Below are positions 62,329 to 64,000 of a stretch of DNA of 64,000 bases, piece by piece. A program made the position numbers and the translations under genes. Below the pieces are notes generated by a model, which had not been told where the DNA came from, did no database searches, and worked only from the letters and a program-made list of their open reading frames with translations. Numbering within the stretch: position 1 is the first letter of the stretch; the number at the start of each line of letters is the position of its first letter. The stretch is from a virus (lineage: Duplodnaviria > Caudoviricetes), in IMG/VR virus record IMGVR_UViG_637000339_000002, one strand, 5' to 3'.

Positions 62329-62842
62329 ACTTTTACAATATAGTTTAATTCACGCTCAAAATATTTCTCAAATATCCCTTCTGTTTCATAATTAACTAGC
62401 TCCTTTATTATTTTTGATGCTTCTGGTTCCAGTCCTAATTTTACCTCTTGTATTGGCAAAGCTGTTCTTCCTTCACGCCTAAAAACACCACTATTTCCTC
62501 TTGGCATTGTTGCCATAAATCCTCCTATAAACTTATGTTTTCCTACTTTCGCTCCTTTTCTTGTTTGTCTCATCTTGCCAATTGCTGATACCCTAATATC
62601 ATATAAATTTGCTCTCATTAATACATCTAACCTACTTGTCTTAGCCTTAAAAATTCTTAGCCTTTTTCTCATTACCGTTAATTTTATCTTCTTTTCCTCA
62701 CTAATTTCCTTAGCTGCTTGCGTTTTTAACCATAGTGCTGTTTTGTTCAATGCCCTCACCGCTGCTTTTTCCACTTTTTTCCTTTCAGCATTTACATTTT
62801 CAATTACCTTATTAATATTATCGGTAACTTCTATATTAATAG
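62325..62842 (-). pseudogene. Minor tail protein Z, separated from its start codon
   Basis: RALNKTA, F.A.M..G..GVF.R.G...LPI motifs; frame open to the intron junction at 62842. Confidence 0.85.
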
Positions 62843-63560
62843 GTCTGGTAGAGACTCATGACCTTGAAACCAGCGATTTGGTCTCATAACCATAGTCTCC
62901 CCAAAAGAACCGTGCTTGCGGATTTCCCGCACACGGCTCCACAATACAGCGTTCACACTAGTGCTCCTGTGTATAAAGAAACATATACCTTTGGTTTTGG
63001 TAATGGATTTACTTTTAAATAGTGTATAAATTGTTCCCAATCCATACTTTTCTTTTGACTACGTCGGTTTATCCACTTAAATGCTAACTTTGTTACCGGT
63101 CGATAGAATTGAATCAAACACCGATAATTTCCGCTAACTCCGAAGTAGCTATAGTGTCCTGTTAGTTTGGCTTTAAGTTTCTGCCACCAATCTTTGAGAC
63201 AGATACGACTTCGTACCATCTTCAACCATTCTTTGATTTCTTTAATCTTTCTGGCTAGGCTTATTTTTGAAGTTTTCTGCTTCATCATAAGTTTACCATT
63301 ACGACTTTTTCCACAATAATGTGTAAATCCTAGAAAGTTGAAGCTAGCCGTCCTACGTTTCTCTCTTTCTGCTTGATACCATTCTTTCTTACCAAACTTT
63401 ACTATTTTTGTTTTATTTTCAGCTATTTCCAACCCAAATTTACTTAGTCTTTGTTTCAGTAATTCTAGAAATTCTTTTGCGTCTTCTTCCCTCTCGCAGC
63501 CAACTACAAAATCGTCGCAAAACCTTATTAGCTGTAAATATCCTCTGGCTTTTGGCTTAA
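62843..63560 (-). mobile_element. Group II intron, 3' 718 bp of a second copy, interrupted by an IS
   Basis: Reverse complement of 12660-13377; identical RT C-terminal translation, domains V and VI present. Confidence 0.93.
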
Positions 63561-64000
63561 GAGGTTGTCCGGAAACAAGTAAAAGGCTATAATATCTGAA
63601 ATTTTAGTACGGGGTAAAGATGAGAAAAAAGTATCCAACAGATCTAAGCGAAAGGGAATGGTCAAGAATAGAAAAACACTTCAGAGTATCATACAAGAAA
63701 GGAGGAAGGCCGCCAAAGTATAGCAAAAGAGAAATATTAGAAGCAATTTTCTATGTATTGCGTACAGGGTGTCAATGGCGGTATTTACCAAATGATTTTC
63801 CGCTATGGAAGACTGTGTATGAGCAGTTCAGGCAATGGAAGAAGCAGGGAATTTTTGAGAAAATGAATTATGAAATTACAAAATATAGTAGAAGAAAAAT
63901 AGGAAGGAATGAGCAGCCGAGTGCCTGTATAGTAGATAGTCAATCTGTAAAGACTACAGAAAAGGGGGGATCAAAGGCTATGATGGAAGTAAAAAAGTAA
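63561..64000 (+). mobile_element. IS5-family insertion sequence (ISWpi1-like), left part
   Basis: GAGGTTGTCCGGAAACAAGTAAA terminus starts exactly where intron identity stops, after a TAA target. Confidence 0.88.
63620..64000 (+). CDS. IS5-family transposase OrfA
   Basis: YPTDL...EW, RTGCQWR.LP.DFP.W.TVY..F..W, IVDSQSVK; AAAAGGGGGG near 63960 shifts into IKGYDGSKK. Confidence 0.9.
   Translation: MRKKYPTDLSEREWSRIEKHFRVSYKKGGRPPKYSKREILEAIFYVLRTGCQWRYLPNDFPLWKTVYEQFRQWKKQGIFEKMNYEITKYSRRKIGRNEQPSACIVDSQSVKTTEKGGSKAMMEVKK

Noticed and set aside
1-64000. tRNA/rRNA genes and prophage att sites
   Set aside because: None recognisable by eye; prophage ends probably lie outside the window or were displaced by the inversion.

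Overview
AT-rich Wolbachia prophage WO region. Gene order and proteins match my recollection of the wMel-type WOMelB locus (about WD0593-WD0646). Left to right: lambda-like packaging/head module (resolvase, ParB-methyltransferase, terS, ankyrin, terL, gpW, RelBE-type toxin-antitoxin, frameshifted portal, gpC, gpD, gpE, head-tail adaptor); a full-length group II intron with a frameshifted RT; RepA primase-helicase; SWIM-SNF2 helicase; the 11-gene 'Undecim' metabolic cluster; three double-HTH regulators including wmk; radC; Rpn nuclease plus a DenV-like glycosylase; cifA-cifB; an ankyrin-OTU protein; a large serine recombinase; ankyrins; the baseplate/tail-completion module on the minus strand; and a second, inverted intron copy truncated by an IS5-family element. 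Main observations: (1) the two intron copies have swapped exons, so the gpZ start (ATGT at 11458) and the rest of gpZ (from 62842) lie ~51 kb apart, implying an intron-mediated and possibly reversible ~49.5 kb inversion; (2) Wmk and both paralogs each carry two copies of the C-terminal module of the neighbouring Rpn nuclease, suggesting an undescribed Wmk/Rpn hetero-oligomer or toxin-antitoxin-like system; (3) the Undecim cluster reads like a small-molecule biosynthesis and export cluster; (4) candidate cos site, duplicated origin-like element, nested scaffold gene and several inactivating lesions in virion genes. All family assignments come from motifs read by eye; no searches were run.
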